Notes: generated by a model from the sequence alone, not told the origin. 64,000 bases of DNA from Eledone cirrhosa (GCA_964016885.1 OZ024749.1:38130001-38194000); one strand, 5' to 3'. Shown: positions 29,317 to 45,390, counted from the stretch's first letter. Numbers and translations are program-made.

Positions 29317-30163
29317 CATAAATTATTTAGAAAACGAAAGAGAAACAACAACACAAGGACAATTCCCGTTCTTCGGTTATCGGATGTGGGTCGCTGATGC
29401 TTCCTCTCATTAAAGATAGTACATCTCACCACAGTGCCTTGATAATTAATAGGAATAATTATCAGGAAAGAAAACAACAACAAAACGAAGACGATAGTGA
29501 AGAAACAAAAGCAAAACATACTGATTGAGAGGGTGAAACACGAGACAGTAGTACATGTAAGTTGAGGTAACCGGTGGGAGAGAGCGAGAAGTTAAAAAGG
29601 AGACCGAATGTAAATCCTGAATCCGTATTAACAGTACGAAGGGATCGAAGAGAAAAGCGTCTAGTCGAGAACAGGTGTAAAGAGGGAGAGACGTAGGAAA
29701 ACGGAAGTTAGAAAGGGAGAGTGGGAAGTGGTAAGAGAGCAGAGAGAGAGGGGAGAAAGGAGATAGATGGTAAGAGAGAAAAATAATAAATGAGTGGGAG
29801 AGTGAGAGAAAGGGAGAGAAAGAAAAAGAAAGAGAAAGAAACGATGAAGGAAAAGAGTTAATCCAAAATGGCAGAACTTAAGTTCAAAACCAGAATTGAC
29901 AACAACAAGCGAGATAGGGAGGATAATGTGTGTGTATATATGTGTTCGTGTGCATATATATATATATAGACATATATATATATAAATATATATATATATA
30001 TTTATAAAAATATGTTTGTGATGTATTGTGATATATCATACTACTGAGAGTGCTGATGACAATATTGTATTAGAAATGTGGAATTTGTGTTTTATTTCAC
30101 TGAGTTAGCTCATGATTTTAATAGCTTTTAGTCATATGATCATATGCTTGTTGTGTTTGTATG

Positions 30164-30194
<31 letters not shown>

Positions 30195-30784
30195 GTTTAG
30201 GGTATATAAAATACACACACACATATATATATATGTATGTATATATATATGTGTGTGTGTCTGTGTATGCATATGCAAACACATTTATACATGTATATCT
30301 CGATGTATGTATGTGAGTGTATTTACCTGTATAAAAAACCTGGTACTTTTGAAGTATTTTTCTACGAAAATACAAAGTGTTTGTCCTCGAACAACTAACA
30401 TGAAACAGTAGAGGTTATACAGATGCTGTTTACACCGAAATCTCATCGTTTGCAAACCTAGCTGATTATATTCATTATTTTGAACCAAAAACATTGTATG
30501 TTGAATCTCTATAACAAACACTAACAGCAACATCGACAACACCAACTAAAATCATACATTCAGCATTTTTATAAAAGCAATAAAAGCGAGGTTTTGTGCA
30601 ATGAATGACGTAATTGCTAGATGAAGTGCTCTCAAATCATGCCTAGCTGTAATTTCAATACTAATTATAATAGTGTTGCTAATAACGATGGTGCTAATGA
30701 TGTTGATGATGTTGATGATGTTGATAGCTCCTACGAGTGACATCCTTATATCATTATGCATTCACATACACACACACACGTATT

Positions 30785-30911
<127 letters not shown>

Positions 30912-31781
30912 GTTGTTGTATGTATATAGTTGTTGTATGGTTGCAATAAATGCGTCCGTAGGTGGAATGCCGTTTGAGAACTCGATGCTTGCGCAGAGCA
31001 GAATATATTATTATAGATAACGTGGAATCAGTGATGCATCGAAACACTATTTATTAACATATTTCATATGTTTCTCCGACGATCAGCTCAAGACAGGATC
31101 TATTATAGATCGAACCTGACTCTGAATTCGCAAGGTCCTCAGATATGTTTTGCGCTCTCAAAGCATGTATATATGTAGCGAAATCTGTCCACCCATTTGA
31201 ACCTTGGATGACACCTAAAATTCAAATTGTAGGTCACCATCCTTTTCGTTGTGGACAGGTTCATGCGTGGGCGATCTCTCAAGTTGGGAGACAGAAAGCG
31301 ACAGGTATATAAAGCCTGTATAATCCCACGTTTAAAAACAGAGAGATCGGAGCACCACAATGCAGACAAGCTATGTGAAAGATTCACCGCTACCTACAGG
31401 CGGTTGTGGTATACAGACAACTACAGTCCATTACAGTCTATTTCTCCTGGTCGCAGACTACACCAGCCTCATGATCCAACAACATAATAACATTGTCAAC
31501 CTTCGCAACTCGTGGTAACTTGTTTATAGTTCTTTTTAACTAAAGTGAAGCAAACCTTTTTATATATGAAGTAATTCAGCTATTCTTGTTATTACATCTA
31601 ACAAACAACCACTAATTCCCTTTGTTACATATATATATATATATATATATATATAAATCAGGAAAGAAGGTTTACATGGTTTGCTATACAAAAAAGTTTT
31701 TAATCACATAGCTTACATTTGTTTCACTGAACTGGTATGTCTAGAGATCGCTATCCGCATTTAACTATTATTTGTTAATCC

Positions 31782-31831
<50 letters not shown>

Positions 31832-31879
31832 AAATGGAAAAATATATACAGGAAATGGAGAGTTGTAGAGAGAAAGAGT

Positions 31880-31968
<89 letters not shown>

Positions 31969-33126
31969 GGTTGGAATATCTCGGAACTTAGAAAACAGTT
32001 TTTAAGAAAGTTGGGATTGGTAGGCGAATTGCTCGTTGTTCGGGAGTTGGGCCTACAAGCAGAGTCTAGGTGGGTTGTTGGTGTGGCTACGTGGGTGTCA
32101 ATGAGATGGATTTAGTGGGTGTGCGTTATCGGTTTGGTCTGTATATGTTTATGGGTGGATTTTTTTTGTAGTTTTCTTTTCTGTGGGTAAGTGCGCATGC
32201 TTGTATTTTGTAAGTTTTTGTATGAGTGTGAGTATGTGTCACCACGGATGTGTTTGTGCCTTTTTTTTATATTGTTTGTGTGCGTAAATCTATTATATGT
32301 GTGCGTGTATGTGTATATGTGTCTGTGTGTCTGTGTCTGGGCCTGAGTGTGTGTGTATATGTATGTATATGTGTCTGTGTCTTCGCCTGAGAGTGTGTGT
32401 AACATGGGCTTTCTGTCGATTTCATCTTTGTATGAAAAAAAAGCTGCGCTGGTTGTTTCATTATAAGAACATGCAAGTCAAGCTTGTACCATTATATGAA
32501 AGTCTTCAGGCTAGTAAGTTTGTTAATGTTATGTATAAGAGGATTTATTCTGCCAGTGTGCAAGAGTTGACAAGGGAATTAAACTATCAATGACAAATTT
32601 CAAAGAATCCGAAAGTAGTCGACCGTCGTAGCTCTCAGTTATATATATATGTGTGTGTGTGTGTGGGTGGGTGGGTGTGTGTGGGTGTGGGTGTGGGTGT
32701 GTGTGTGTGTGTCTGTGTGTGTGCCTGTGTGTGTTTGTGTGTGTGTGTGTGAAGAGAGGGAGAGAGAAAGTGAGAAAAGAGACAGAGTGTGTGTGTGTGT
32801 GTGTGCGTATGAGATAGAGAGAGATTGAAAGAGACAGAGAGAGGGGTGGGAGAAAGAGAGAGAGGGGTGAGAAAGAGAGAAGTAGTGAGATTAGTTTAAA
32901 TAGTGAGACAAAGAAAAGTTTTCTTCTAAGAAATACCTGTATAATCTCTGAAGTGAAATTCGATGAATAGTCGTCACCACATTCATCTTTTTCAAAATGG
33001 ACAATACTTCTTAATTCAAGTCCAGACTAATATATACACCATTCAACGGAACTAAACACACACACTCACACACACACACATACACACACACACATACACA
33101 CACGCGCGCGCGCACGTACACACACA

Positions 33127-33164
<38 letters not shown>

Positions 33165-33176
33165 TATGTGTATATG

Positions 33177-33216
<40 letters not shown>

Positions 33217-33297
33217 TATGAGTGTGTGTATGCATACATATATATATGTGTGTATGTATATATATATATATATGCGTGTGTGTGATTATAATAATAA

Positions 33298-34050
33298 TAA
33301 TTGTTTCTATTTTTGGCACAAGGCCAGCAAATACCCAGTACATTACTGGTACTTTATTTTATCGACCCTGTAAGGATGAAAGGCAAAGTTAACCTCGGCG
33401 GGATTTGAACTCAGACTGGCAAGGGCCGTAACTCTATGCTGCAAAGCATGATGTCCGACCCTCTACTGATACTGCCAATCCACCAATAATAATTGTTTCT
33501 ACTTTTGGCACAAGGCCAGCAATTACCTCAGTACATTACTGGTACTTTATTTTATCGACCCCGTAAGGATGAAAGGCAAAGTTAACCTTGGCGGGATTTG
33601 AACTCAGAACGTAAAGGACCATCACTCCATGCTGCAAAGCATGGTGTCTGACTCGCTACCGATACTTGTTTCTACTTTAGGCACAAGGCCAGCAATTACC
33701 CAGTGCATTACTGGTACTTTATTTTATCGACCCCGTAAGGCTGAAAGGTAAAGTCAACCTCGGCGGGATTTGAACTCAGATCGTAAAGGGACGTAACTAT
33801 GCTGGAAAGCATGGCGTCTGACCCTCTACTGATACTGCCACTCCGCTGCCTTAAAACTAATAATACCAACACCACTCACAACAAGATCAACATCACCAAC
33901 AACAGTAATATCAGCAACACCATTTTCAACGACACCAACAACAGGAATAACAACACCAACAACGGCGTGATTTGAACTCAGGTCATAAAGGGCCGAAACT
34001 CTATGCTGCAAAGCATGGCGTCTGACCCTCTACCGATACTGCCAATCCAC
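33298..34050 (-). mobile_element. Cluster of four head-to-tail SINE copies
   Basis: Copies start near 33298, 33490, 33666 and 33965, each matching the main SINE family. Confidence 0.9.
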
Positions 34051-35653
34051 GACCCTACTTTTCTTTATATAATGAAAAGGAAAGGAGTCGATAGTTAGAT
34101 AGGATCCAGGAAGCTATGTTCCCATTGGTATTTTTCCAACGATGATATTATCCGCCAGTCAATACTCCTGGCAAAATGAGGTGAGATTTGAACTCGCAAC
34201 ACAGAGTCAGATCAGATATCTTGAAGGATCCCACCCGACTCCTCAACAATTCTACCAAAACACCACATCCCTCTGAACGGCTACTTTATTTTATTGACCT
34301 CGTAAGGACAAAAGCCTAAGTTGACCTCAAGTGAATTTGTACACAGAGCCGGCATGTACTTCGAGACATTTAATCTCCCGCTCTAACAACTCTCTCAATT
34401 CACCTCTTATTTTAATCTAAGTAGGATATTGTTCAATAACTTTAAAGTTCTTAAGGTTTATGAAGTTAACAAGTAAATATGTAAAGAACACAAAAAAAAT
34501 AAAAATAAAAATAAAAATAACTGAAGAAAATTCGGAAGAAATAGTAGGCTAAAGAAATGTATGTGATTGAATACCGATTGTTTATTTCTGAATAAGTAAA
34601 TATTTTGTTTTGGATTTTTAGTAGAAAGTACACCAGCTTAAGTCGGCAGTCACGATCCGCCATGTTGTATAGATCTGAACGATTTCTTGGAAAAGCTTTC
34701 TATGTATAAATAATATACTTTGTTCCCTGTCTGGTATAGATAAGTTACTGAGATTGGATCAGTTGGTGTTCCACTGGGAGAAGAGCTATCTGACTTTTCT
34801 GAGCTGTAGAAATATAACAGAACCATGAACTTACACAACAACCACCAATTTGCATACATACTGTAACACATGCACAAACACATACAAACACATACATACA
34901 CACACATACACATAAATATACGCTCAGACGTTTTCTGTCTTTTCCTCTTTTGTTCTCATATGTTTTCCTTTTTATTTTTTTCTCTAAAATATCTGTATCT
35001 ACCATCTGATGAAAAGTAGTGTCTGAAAGACTAACATGCCATTATAAAATGTTTTTTTTCACACTGCTCATTAAATAATTTAGTAATCAGTGCTCAATGT
35101 ATATGATTTATCTAAGGGTTGCTGGTATGTACATGATGTATCTAGATGCCACAGAAGAGAGCAAATGGACTAAATTTGATATCGAGAGAACCTCGATACC
35201 ACACGAGTAAGCCGGTGCACTAGATTAAGAAATATAAAAAATAAAGCTACCGGATACTCGAAACTACAATAAAAAGATTTAATCCTACTGGAGAAACAGC
35301 ACAGTAACTGAATAGATAAAACATTATAGAATATGTGAATCATTTCCTAAGGTTATTTTCTGTAAAACATCACATCACTTCCTCTCATTCGATTGTCTAA
35401 ATAATCGGTAACGTGAAACTCATTACAATTCAAATATTTTCAGTTTCAAATCAAATATATAATGTGGGTGCGTGAGGGAAGAGAGAGAGAGAGAGGGGGA
35501 GAGAGAGAGAGAGAGGGAGAGGGAGAGAGAGAGAGAGAGGGAGAGAGAGAGAGAGTAACTAAATGAATGTGGGTGTAAGTAAAAAGTGTGCGTTCTTTAC
35601 TTTGCCTCAACCATCTTGGCAATGATTATCCTAGAACATGGCATACATATACG

Positions 35654-35825
<172 letters not shown>

Positions 35826-35888
35826 AATATATATATATACACAGTTGCGTACACGTATGTACGCAAGAATGTACATATACATACATAC

Positions 35889-36007
<119 letters not shown>

Positions 36008-36010
36008 CAC

Positions 36011-36079
<69 letters not shown>

Positions 36080-36086
36080 CACATAT

Positions 36087-36173
<87 letters not shown>

Positions 36174-36198
36174 CACATATATATATATATATACACAG

Positions 36199-36255
<57 letters not shown>

Positions 36256-36553
36256 CACATATATATATGTGTGCATATTGTTTCTCTATCCAAATTTAAA
36301 ATGCAAGCCTGATGTTATTGCCGTTTACGTTAATTTTCTAAAAACCTCCTCCGTTTCCTCCTCTACCTTCTCTTGTTTTATCACTGCCGCCACCCTCCTT
36401 ATTGTAATCATTATTATTGATATTATCAGCAGAGTTGTTATCATTATGATGATGATGATGATCATCATCATCATCATCATAAACACCATCGTTATTATTT
36501 AACAGGTTTCCGTAGACTAAGGCAATATAACGTGTATTGTAATTATCGTAACT

Positions 36554-36585
<32 letters not shown>

Positions 36586-36611
36586 TGTATGTATGTATGT
36601 ATGTATGTATG

Positions 36612-36643
<32 letters not shown>

Positions 36644-36757
36644 TGTATATGTATATATATGTATATATGTATATGTATATATATGTATATGTATATGTAT
36701 ATATATGTATATATATATATGTATATATATATATGTATAAATGTATATATGTATATG

Positions 36758-36844
<87 letters not shown>

Positions 36845-36910
36845 TCATTTATTTATATATATATATACATATATATTCATTTATTTATATATATATATAT
36901 ATATATATTC

Positions 36911-36954
<44 letters not shown>

Positions 36955-37361
36955 ACATATATATATGTATATATATATATATATGTGTGTGAATATGTGT
37001 GTATATTTATTCATTTATTTATTTATATATATATATATATATGTGTGTGTATGAATATGTATGTGGGTATATACACATACATTACAGTTACACAACTTTC
37101 TATACGATTCCTAGAAAGATAATGGATATTGTAGATAAGTGTTTCCTTTACTTATTTTCTTTTCTTCCTTTCATTAGACACAAAGAGACACAAAATTGAA
37201 ATTATGGTTTCGTTCATTGAATCTATGATTACCTAATATTATGTCAGCATGACTTACCTCCCGTGACTCACCTCAACTTAATAGTGACGTCGTTAGCTTG
37301 CTAAAACATATGATATTTCTTTAATTATCATTCACATAAACATTCACGTATCTCTCCTAAA

Positions 37362-37445
<84 letters not shown>

Positions 37446-37448
37446 AAT

Positions 37449-37690
37449 TGCCATGAAGTCAAAGTGATCCCGATTCTCATAGGCGCACTGGGGACTATCT
37501 CCAAAAGTTTCCAGGGATGGTTAAAGAAAATCGGCCCCTTCACGCTTTTTGGAACGCTTCAAAAGGCATGCTTGCTTGGAACAGCAAGAACCCTCCGATA
37601 CGTCCTGAATATCTGAAGCTGCAGGTAGTGGCTTGATATTCAATCCAACGGACTTTCCAGTTAACCAACATCAATGACTGAGATTCAAGG
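37449..37690 (+). mobile_element. 5'-truncated R4/Dong LINE 3' end inserted in (TAA)n
   Basis: HEVKVIPILIGALGTISKSFQGWLKKIGPFTLFGTLQKACLLGTARTLRYVLNI* (stop 37614-37616). (TAA)n on both flanks. Confidence 0.85.
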
Positions 37691-37702
37691 AATAACAATA
37701 AC

Positions 37703-37734
<32 letters not shown>

Positions 37735-38546
37735 GGCCCCCAAAACTAACCAACTGGAAATCACCAGGCCCAGATGGTGTGCAGGGGTATTGGATTAAAA
37801 ATATAACATCCCTCCACCCGAAACTGACAACCATGTTCAATGACTGCTTGATGTCAGGTGAGGTACCAGAGTGGTTGACAAAAGGCATCACAGTTCTGGT
37901 AATGAAAGACCGAATCAAGGGTAATGATGTTACCAACTATAGACCTATCACATGTCTGTCCGTAATGTGGAAATTGTTGACAAGCATTGAGTCTGAGGAA
38001 ATCTACCATCACCTCCACACAAACAACTTGTTACCGGACGAACAGAAAGGATGCCGAAAGAAGTCCCGTGGTACAAAGGACCAGTTACTTATTGATAAGA
38101 TGGTAATGAGGAATTGCAAGAGGAGACACACTGGTCTTGCCATGGGATGGATAGACTACAAAAAGGCATTTGACATGGTGCCTCATTCTTGGATCACCAA
38201 AAGCCTAGATATCTTCAAGGTGGCAGATAACATCAGACAGTTGTTGAGCAAAAGTATGAAGTCCTGGAAAACAGAGTTAACATCAGCTGGAGATTCCATG
38301 GGAGGCGTGAAGATCAAGAGAGGTATCTTCCAGAGAGATAGTCTGTCCCCTCTGTTGTTTGTCCTTGCCCTGATGCCCCTGACCATTTTACTGCGAAAAG
38401 TGAGAGCAGGATACAAGTTGGGAAAGGGAGAGCTTACCATCAATCACCTCCTCTTCATGGACGATCTTAAGCTCTTCGGGAAGAGTGAGAAGGAGTTGGA
38501 TGTGCTTGTTGACACTGTCCGTATTTTCAGCAATGATATATGTATG
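37735..38546 (+). pseudogene. Reverse-transcriptase fragment of an R4/Dong LINE, truncated at both ends
   Basis: NWKSPGPDG, NYRPITCL, EQKGCR, WIDYKKAFDMVPH, RGIFQ(R)DSLSPLLF, HLLFMDDLKL. Motif QGD is mutated to QRD. Homology ends after FSNDICM. Confidence 0.92.
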
Positions 38547-38799
38547 CCCATAAAGTGTGTATCTTTACCCAATTTGCTATGCTATGATGATGTATAGCAG
38601 TTGGCTGTTTTACAGTTATTTCTGCGTTTAAGTTCCTATAAATTCAATGAGGATCCAGCATGGTATAAAGTTTAACAAGTCAGTCCTTACGAATTACAAA
38701 TAAACTCCATCGTATGGGTGTCATTTTAATGGATCGGGTCAACCCGAAGCTATGGGAAAAGAAGCTTTTACGCGATGTTCTATGCTGTATCTATATCAC

Positions 38800-39330
38800 G
38801 AGGAATATTAACTGTAATATTAAACAATACTTACTATATTGAACAATATTAAAAATGTTAATAAACCTCATTCACTCTGATATCAAACAATATTTATAAG
38901 ATATTAAACATTATCTATTGTCGTATTATACAATATTATCTATGGTATTATACAATATTAACTGTGATATCAAATGATATTTACTCCGATATTAAACAAT
39001 ATCTATTGTCATATAATAGAATACTATCTATCATATTAAACAATATTAACTGCCATAACAAGTAATATTTACTATGATATCAAACAATATTTATAAGATA
39101 TCAAACAATATTTATAAGATATTAAACAATATCTATTGTCATATTATAGAATATTATCTATGGTTATTATACAATATTAACTGTAATATCAAATAATATT
39201 TACTATGATATTAAATAATATCTATTGTCATATTATAGAATATTTATTGTCATATTATACAATATTATCTATGGTATTAAACAACATTAACTATAATATC
39301 AAATAATATTTACTTTGATATTAAATATTT
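38800..39330. repeat. AT-rich degenerate minisatellite (~22-bp basic unit)
   Basis: Recurrent aacaatatt.a.t..gatatt / caaataatatttactatgat. Confidence 0.75.
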
Positions 39331-39711
39331 CCTATAAAAATCAACGTCAACCATAGGAAGTCTAAATTGCCTTCAAAGTCTGCATCTGTCTATTGATATT
39401 TATTGTTGTTTTTATTGCTGTTGGTGTTGTTGTTGTTTGTTGTTGTTGTTGTTGTTGTTTGTGTATTTGACTTTTGCCAACATATGAGAGGAAGTTTGAT
39501 CTCTGCTGTACAGCTACAATAATTCAATAAAGACATTAACAAAGAGCAGGCTACAGAGGAGAACTGACATAAAAATAACCTTTGCAATAATGACCAGCAC
39601 AAAACACCAACACCAATAATAATTACGGCTACTATAATAGCAACAACAGCAACAACAACAACAACAATAACCTGCACTACTTCCATCTAAAGATAGTGCG
39701 TAAATATTACA

Positions 39712-39766
<55 letters not shown>

Positions 39767-39812
39767 GGCCACCTTTCTCTCTATCACATACACACATACA
39801 TACATACATAAT

Positions 39813-39841
<29 letters not shown>

Positions 39842-39843
<2 letters not shown>

Positions 39844-40055
39844 ACGAAGGAAATGTGGTAAGGAACCAGGTGGACCATAACGCACCAAAGTACTCAATAC
39901 TTAGGGTAGTAGAGTGAGTAATAGGAACGAGTAAGACACCGACGGCTGAGCTCAAGCCGTTTCGACGGCTAATTCTGGACTAAAAAAAAAAAAAAAATTA
40001 GTCCAGAATTAGCCGTCTAAACGGCTTGAACTCAGCCGTCGGGGTCTTACTCGTT

Positions 40056-40059
<4 letters not shown>
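39842..40059 (-). mobile_element. Family B fold-back insertion with an A-run at the inversion junction
   Basis: Full unit on minus, A-run, then an inverted tail-less copy ending gttccta(ta)n. Confidence 0.85.
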
Positions 40060-40113
<54 letters not shown>

Positions 40114-40768
40114 ATATATATATATATATGTATGTATATTATATATATGTATATATATGTTATATATATATATATATATTATTTATATATATATATAAAT
40201 ATATATAATATATATACATATATATAATACGTATACATATATATAATATATATACATATATATATGTATGTATATATATATATATATATACATATATATA
40301 TTATATATTATATACATATATAAGAGGGCGTATACACAATAATATATCCCATCTCCCTCCCCCCCACTCTCTCTAAATTCGTGTAATTCGTTTAAACAGC
40401 CGTTGCTAACGTTCCTAATATCGTAGAAACATGGCTGCCTTTACCACACAAAAAAGATCAAAACTTCTTATCGGAGCCCAGCAACAATATTTAATTTAAA
40501 CACCATCACCACAATCAATATAATCACCACTAACAACAACAATATTAATAATAATAACAATGACGCCGAGAACAACAGCAACAACAACACACAACTCAAA
40601 CAGAAAGAAGAAGTTTAAAAAATATAAAAAAAAAGAGAGAGAATGAAACTTTTTTCCGTCCGTCGTAACGAAATTATTTAAAAAACAGATTAACATCTCT
40701 TTTCTGTTTAATATTCTAGTAGTTTCCAATATTCAGAGACAAAACATAGTTTTCTTTTGTCGTTCAGG

Positions 40769-40836
<68 letters not shown>

Positions 40837-40837
40837 G

Positions 40838-40870
<33 letters not shown>

Positions 40871-41022
40871 GTATATATATATATGTATATATATATGTAT
40901 ATATATATATCTATTTATATGTATATATATGTATAAACATATATATATATATATATGTGTATATATATATATATATATATAAACATATATATACATATGT
41001 TTATACATATATATACATATAA

Positions 41023-41058
<36 letters not shown>

Positions 41059-41174
41059 GTATATATATATATCTATTTATATGTATATATATGTATAAAC
41101 ATATATACATATATATATGTTTATATATATGTATATATATATATATAGATGCATGCATATATATGTATATATAC

Positions 41175-41231
<57 letters not shown>

Positions 41232-41263
41232 TATAGATAGATAGATAGATGTACACATACACC

Positions 41264-41301
<38 letters not shown>

Positions 41302-41375
41302 TACATACGTACATATACATATATGTATATAAATATATGTGTGAGTGTGTGTTAATATGCATATGTATTTATGTC

Positions 41376-41414
<39 letters not shown>

Positions 41415-41868
41415 GCACACACATACTCGTTCACACACACACAGACACACATATATATATACATTCACCCACACACACACTCATATATATATATATATAT
41501 ACACATATATAGACGCACACATACATAGAAAAAATAGAGTTTGTCTCCCTACGAAGAATATATAATTTACTTAGTTTTTTTTCCCATCCAACCACCTGTT
41601 TATTGATTATATTACTCTGTCTAGGAAGCACCGATCGGTTCTTTGCTCATTTCCAGTCTCTAAATACCCAAATTATTTTTCACTTCTCCGCCATTGCTTT
41701 TTCTCCTCCCTTCACGATTGTATTTTTAAACTATTTTACTTCAATGCATATTATATTGTTAGTTCACCCACTCTCTATAATACACTGCGACACATACATG
41801 CATCCGCCTACCCATACGCATACACATACTCATACGCAGACTCAAAATCGTATCCATATATACATATG

Positions 41869-41902
<34 letters not shown>

Positions 41903-41943
41903 GTCCTGTAGAATCTCATCTATATTGAAACTGTTATACTCTG

Positions 41944-42002
<59 letters not shown>

Positions 42003-42086
42003 CGTGTGCGTGTGTGTGCGCGTGTGTGTGTCTGTATATGTCTGTTCCTGTTTATATGTTTGTATACACACGCACATATATATATG

Positions 42087-42148
<62 letters not shown>

Positions 42149-42211
42149 TATATGTATGTATTTATAGTAGTATATATATATATATTGTTATACTTTAGGA
42201 GGGATATATTG

Positions 42212-42333
<122 letters not shown>

Positions 42334-42946
42334 GGCAGTACCAGTAAGACAACGTTTAAGCATAATAAAGATGTATATATAAATATATATAATACGTTTA
42401 TATATAATAAACACGTGGGTAGCTTCACTGCTGAAGAATACTATTTTTTTTATAACGAAACAAAACGAAATAATGTATCGTTCTATATTTTCCTCAGGTA
42501 ATATATCACTGAGTTCCAGTATGTTCTGAGGATTTCAGGCCGCGCTGTTTCAAGCTTTAGTACTTTTTTTTATCATGAAGTAGATTATTAGAGTCTATAC
42601 AAAATTTTGCGTGATGATCACTTACTGGAGATGCTCATTTGCATATAGCAAATTAGAGAACATCGTCTGGAAGTAGTTATTTGCGATTAGTGAGAGCTTG
42701 GCTTGTTATATTTAATTGGCGGTAGCACTAAGACAGCATTTAAGCATGATAAAGGTACATAGGAAACATATAAAATACGTTTATATATATTGGTGTAGTC
42801 TCACTGCTGAAAAAAATTATTTCCTCGGTGAATATATCACCGAGTTGCCAGTATATTCTGAGAATATCAGACAGCGTTGTTTCAGGACTTGTAAATCATC
42901 CTTCATCATTGAATCACACTCTGTGCGGCTGCATATCTATGTGCGC

Positions 42947-43074
<128 letters not shown>

Positions 43075-43239
43075 GTGTGTGTGCATGTGTGTATATATTT
43101 TTTTTTTCCCAAAGAGTGTAAGGCGAAGTTACCATATGTTCACCCGGATCGATGCAGATCGAACCTTGAGCTAATCAATAGCGAAAGGCGCGTCACCAAC
43201 CATTAAACGCAATGAAGGCATAAACATTCGTCCTTGTAT

Positions 43240-43320
<81 letters not shown>

Positions 43321-43324
<4 letters not shown>

Positions 43325-43514
43325 AACAAGTAAGACCCCGACGGCTGAGCTCAAGCCGTTTCGACGGCTAATTCTGGACTGAATTAGCCGTCGAAACGGC
43401 TTGAGCTCAGCCGTCGGAGTCTTACGTGTTCCTATTACCCACTCTACTACCCTAAGTATTGAGTACTTTGGTGCGTTATGGTCCACCTGGTTCCTTACCA
43501 CATCTCTTTCGTTA
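43321..43514 (+). mobile_element. Family B fold-back insertion
   Basis: (ta)n-taggaac...ctggact | gaattagccgtcgaaac...gttccta+tail...ttcgtta-(ta)n. Confidence 0.85.
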
Positions 43515-44214
43515 TATATATATATATATATGCATGTGTGTGTGTGTGTGTGTGTGTTTATGTATGTATGAACGTATGTATATTCTGTATATCACCCGGA
43601 AATAAATATGGCGATGAAATAATGCAGAACAATGTATGGTGGGAAACATATTTTGAGCAGTTTTATGGGAAGGGAGGGAATGGAGAAGAGGAGGAGGTTA
43701 AAATGGAGGAGATGGATTAGTAATAGTAGGAGTAGGAGGGGGTGGAGGTGGTGGAGGAAGATGAGGGGGAGGAGGAGTGAAAAGATGTCACTTTACTTTT
43801 TTTAATTTCTTGTTTCATGTATTGTAATTTATTATAATGCAACATTGACAAAACATTGAAATTTATAAACAGTCTCCAGGAAACGAAAATGATATTCCTG
43901 CATATTCCAATTTTGTAATTGTTTAGCAGAATAATCCCCTAGGTGTATTATACATGCTTAAATAATAGTGGCCTAGAAATCGAGGTGAAGTATCGAGTGA
44001 TAGTAGCAAAAATTAAATAAATTGTGAAAATAGAATATCTCTAAATATACACATAAAATGAGAAAACTCTTCGCCAGAACAGCCGTTAAAACAACTAAAT
44101 TCTGTCAAAGACATTGATGGGCAAAATACCTCAGACGACAGAGACCAGCGTTCAACAAAGAGACAATCCACAAGATGGGTGACAGGCAGATGAAATATAG
44201 AAAAGATTGAAGTA

Positions 44215-44712
44215 GATTAAATCGACTCCAGCGCGTGATTGGTACTTTATTTTATCGACCCCGTAAGGATGAAGGGCCTTAGCTAACCTCGACAGGATTT
44301 TAACTCAAATCGTAAAGTACCGTAATTCTAAGCCGCAAAGCATGCTCTACCGATACAGCCAATCCACTGCCCTCACTATTAAATGATAATAATTGTTTCT
44401 ACTTTAGGCACAAGGCCAGCAATTACCCAGTACATTACTGGTACTTTATTTTATCGACCCCGTAAGGATGAAAGGCAAAGTCAACCTCGGCCTTTCATCC
44501 TTACGGATTATTAAATGATAATAATGGTTTCTTATATAGGAACAAGGCCAGTAATTTTGGGGGGGGGGAGGAGAAAGTCGATTAAATCTACCCCAGTGCG
44601 TGACTGGTACTTTATTCTATCGACGCCGTAAGGATGAAAGGCAAAGTTAACCTCGGCGGGATTTGAACTCAGAACGTAAAGGGGCGTAACTCTATGCTAG
44701 AAAGCACCGCCC
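44215..44712 (-). mobile_element. Cluster of three SINE copies, the middle one with a 17-bp TSD and a 5' inversion
   Basis: TSD tattaaatgataataat at 44377-44393 and 44509-44525. Confidence 0.85.
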
Positions 44713-45201
44713 TCCATTAACTAATAGTAATGATGAGGAAGTGAAATTGAAATTGTGCGTGTCTTTTTATTGGCAAACTTGGCAACATGACCATCTCCAA
44801 ATATAACAATAACTTAACTAATGTTTTTCATTTCTGTTCGTAATGAGAAATTTACATCCACTGGCTCCGTCTAGTGGCGTATTCATGAAATTGGATCTCC
44901 AAGTTGAATGTTTGTTGTTCGGGGGGGGGGGGGGGTTAAATTATATGAATAGAAAGAATTCAAATAAATAATTTTATCATCTGTAAATGTTTGCTAGTTT
45001 CTTTGCCATTGATTCCTTTTAACGATGAAACCGAATACTTTATATATTTTATCACATAAAAAAATATATTCTCGAATCTACTAAGTTATATTGAGACTTT
45101 TGATTTAGTTACACAATATATACAATAATATAGGATGTGTGGAATATCACTGGTGTCAATTTGCATCAATCCTTGCCTTCAACAAAATGATATGTACGGC
45201 G

Positions 45202-45279
<78 letters not shown>

Positions 45280-45337
45280 GAAGCTGCTAAAGGTTCGGTC
45301 TCCCTCATGTCTATTATATTCCTTTGTTATATTTCAA

Positions 45338-45390
45338 ATACCTGATGATGTCACCGGATTCATACTGAATCATTGAAATGATCATAGTAT
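45338..45390 (+). ncRNA. Type I hammerhead motif in a Penelope-like 3' end (~45277-45580)
   Basis: ATAC-CTGATGA-stem II (GATTCA/TGAATC)-GAAA-TGATCA-TA-GTAT, followed by AATAAA. Confidence 0.7.

Noticed and set aside
31251-31487. ORF with RQVYKACIIP, reminiscent of RTE LINE ORF2
   Set aside because: Only one short motif, insufficient without an alignment.
35006-35035. CTGATGA...GAAA spacing
   Set aside because: No stems form, probably chance.
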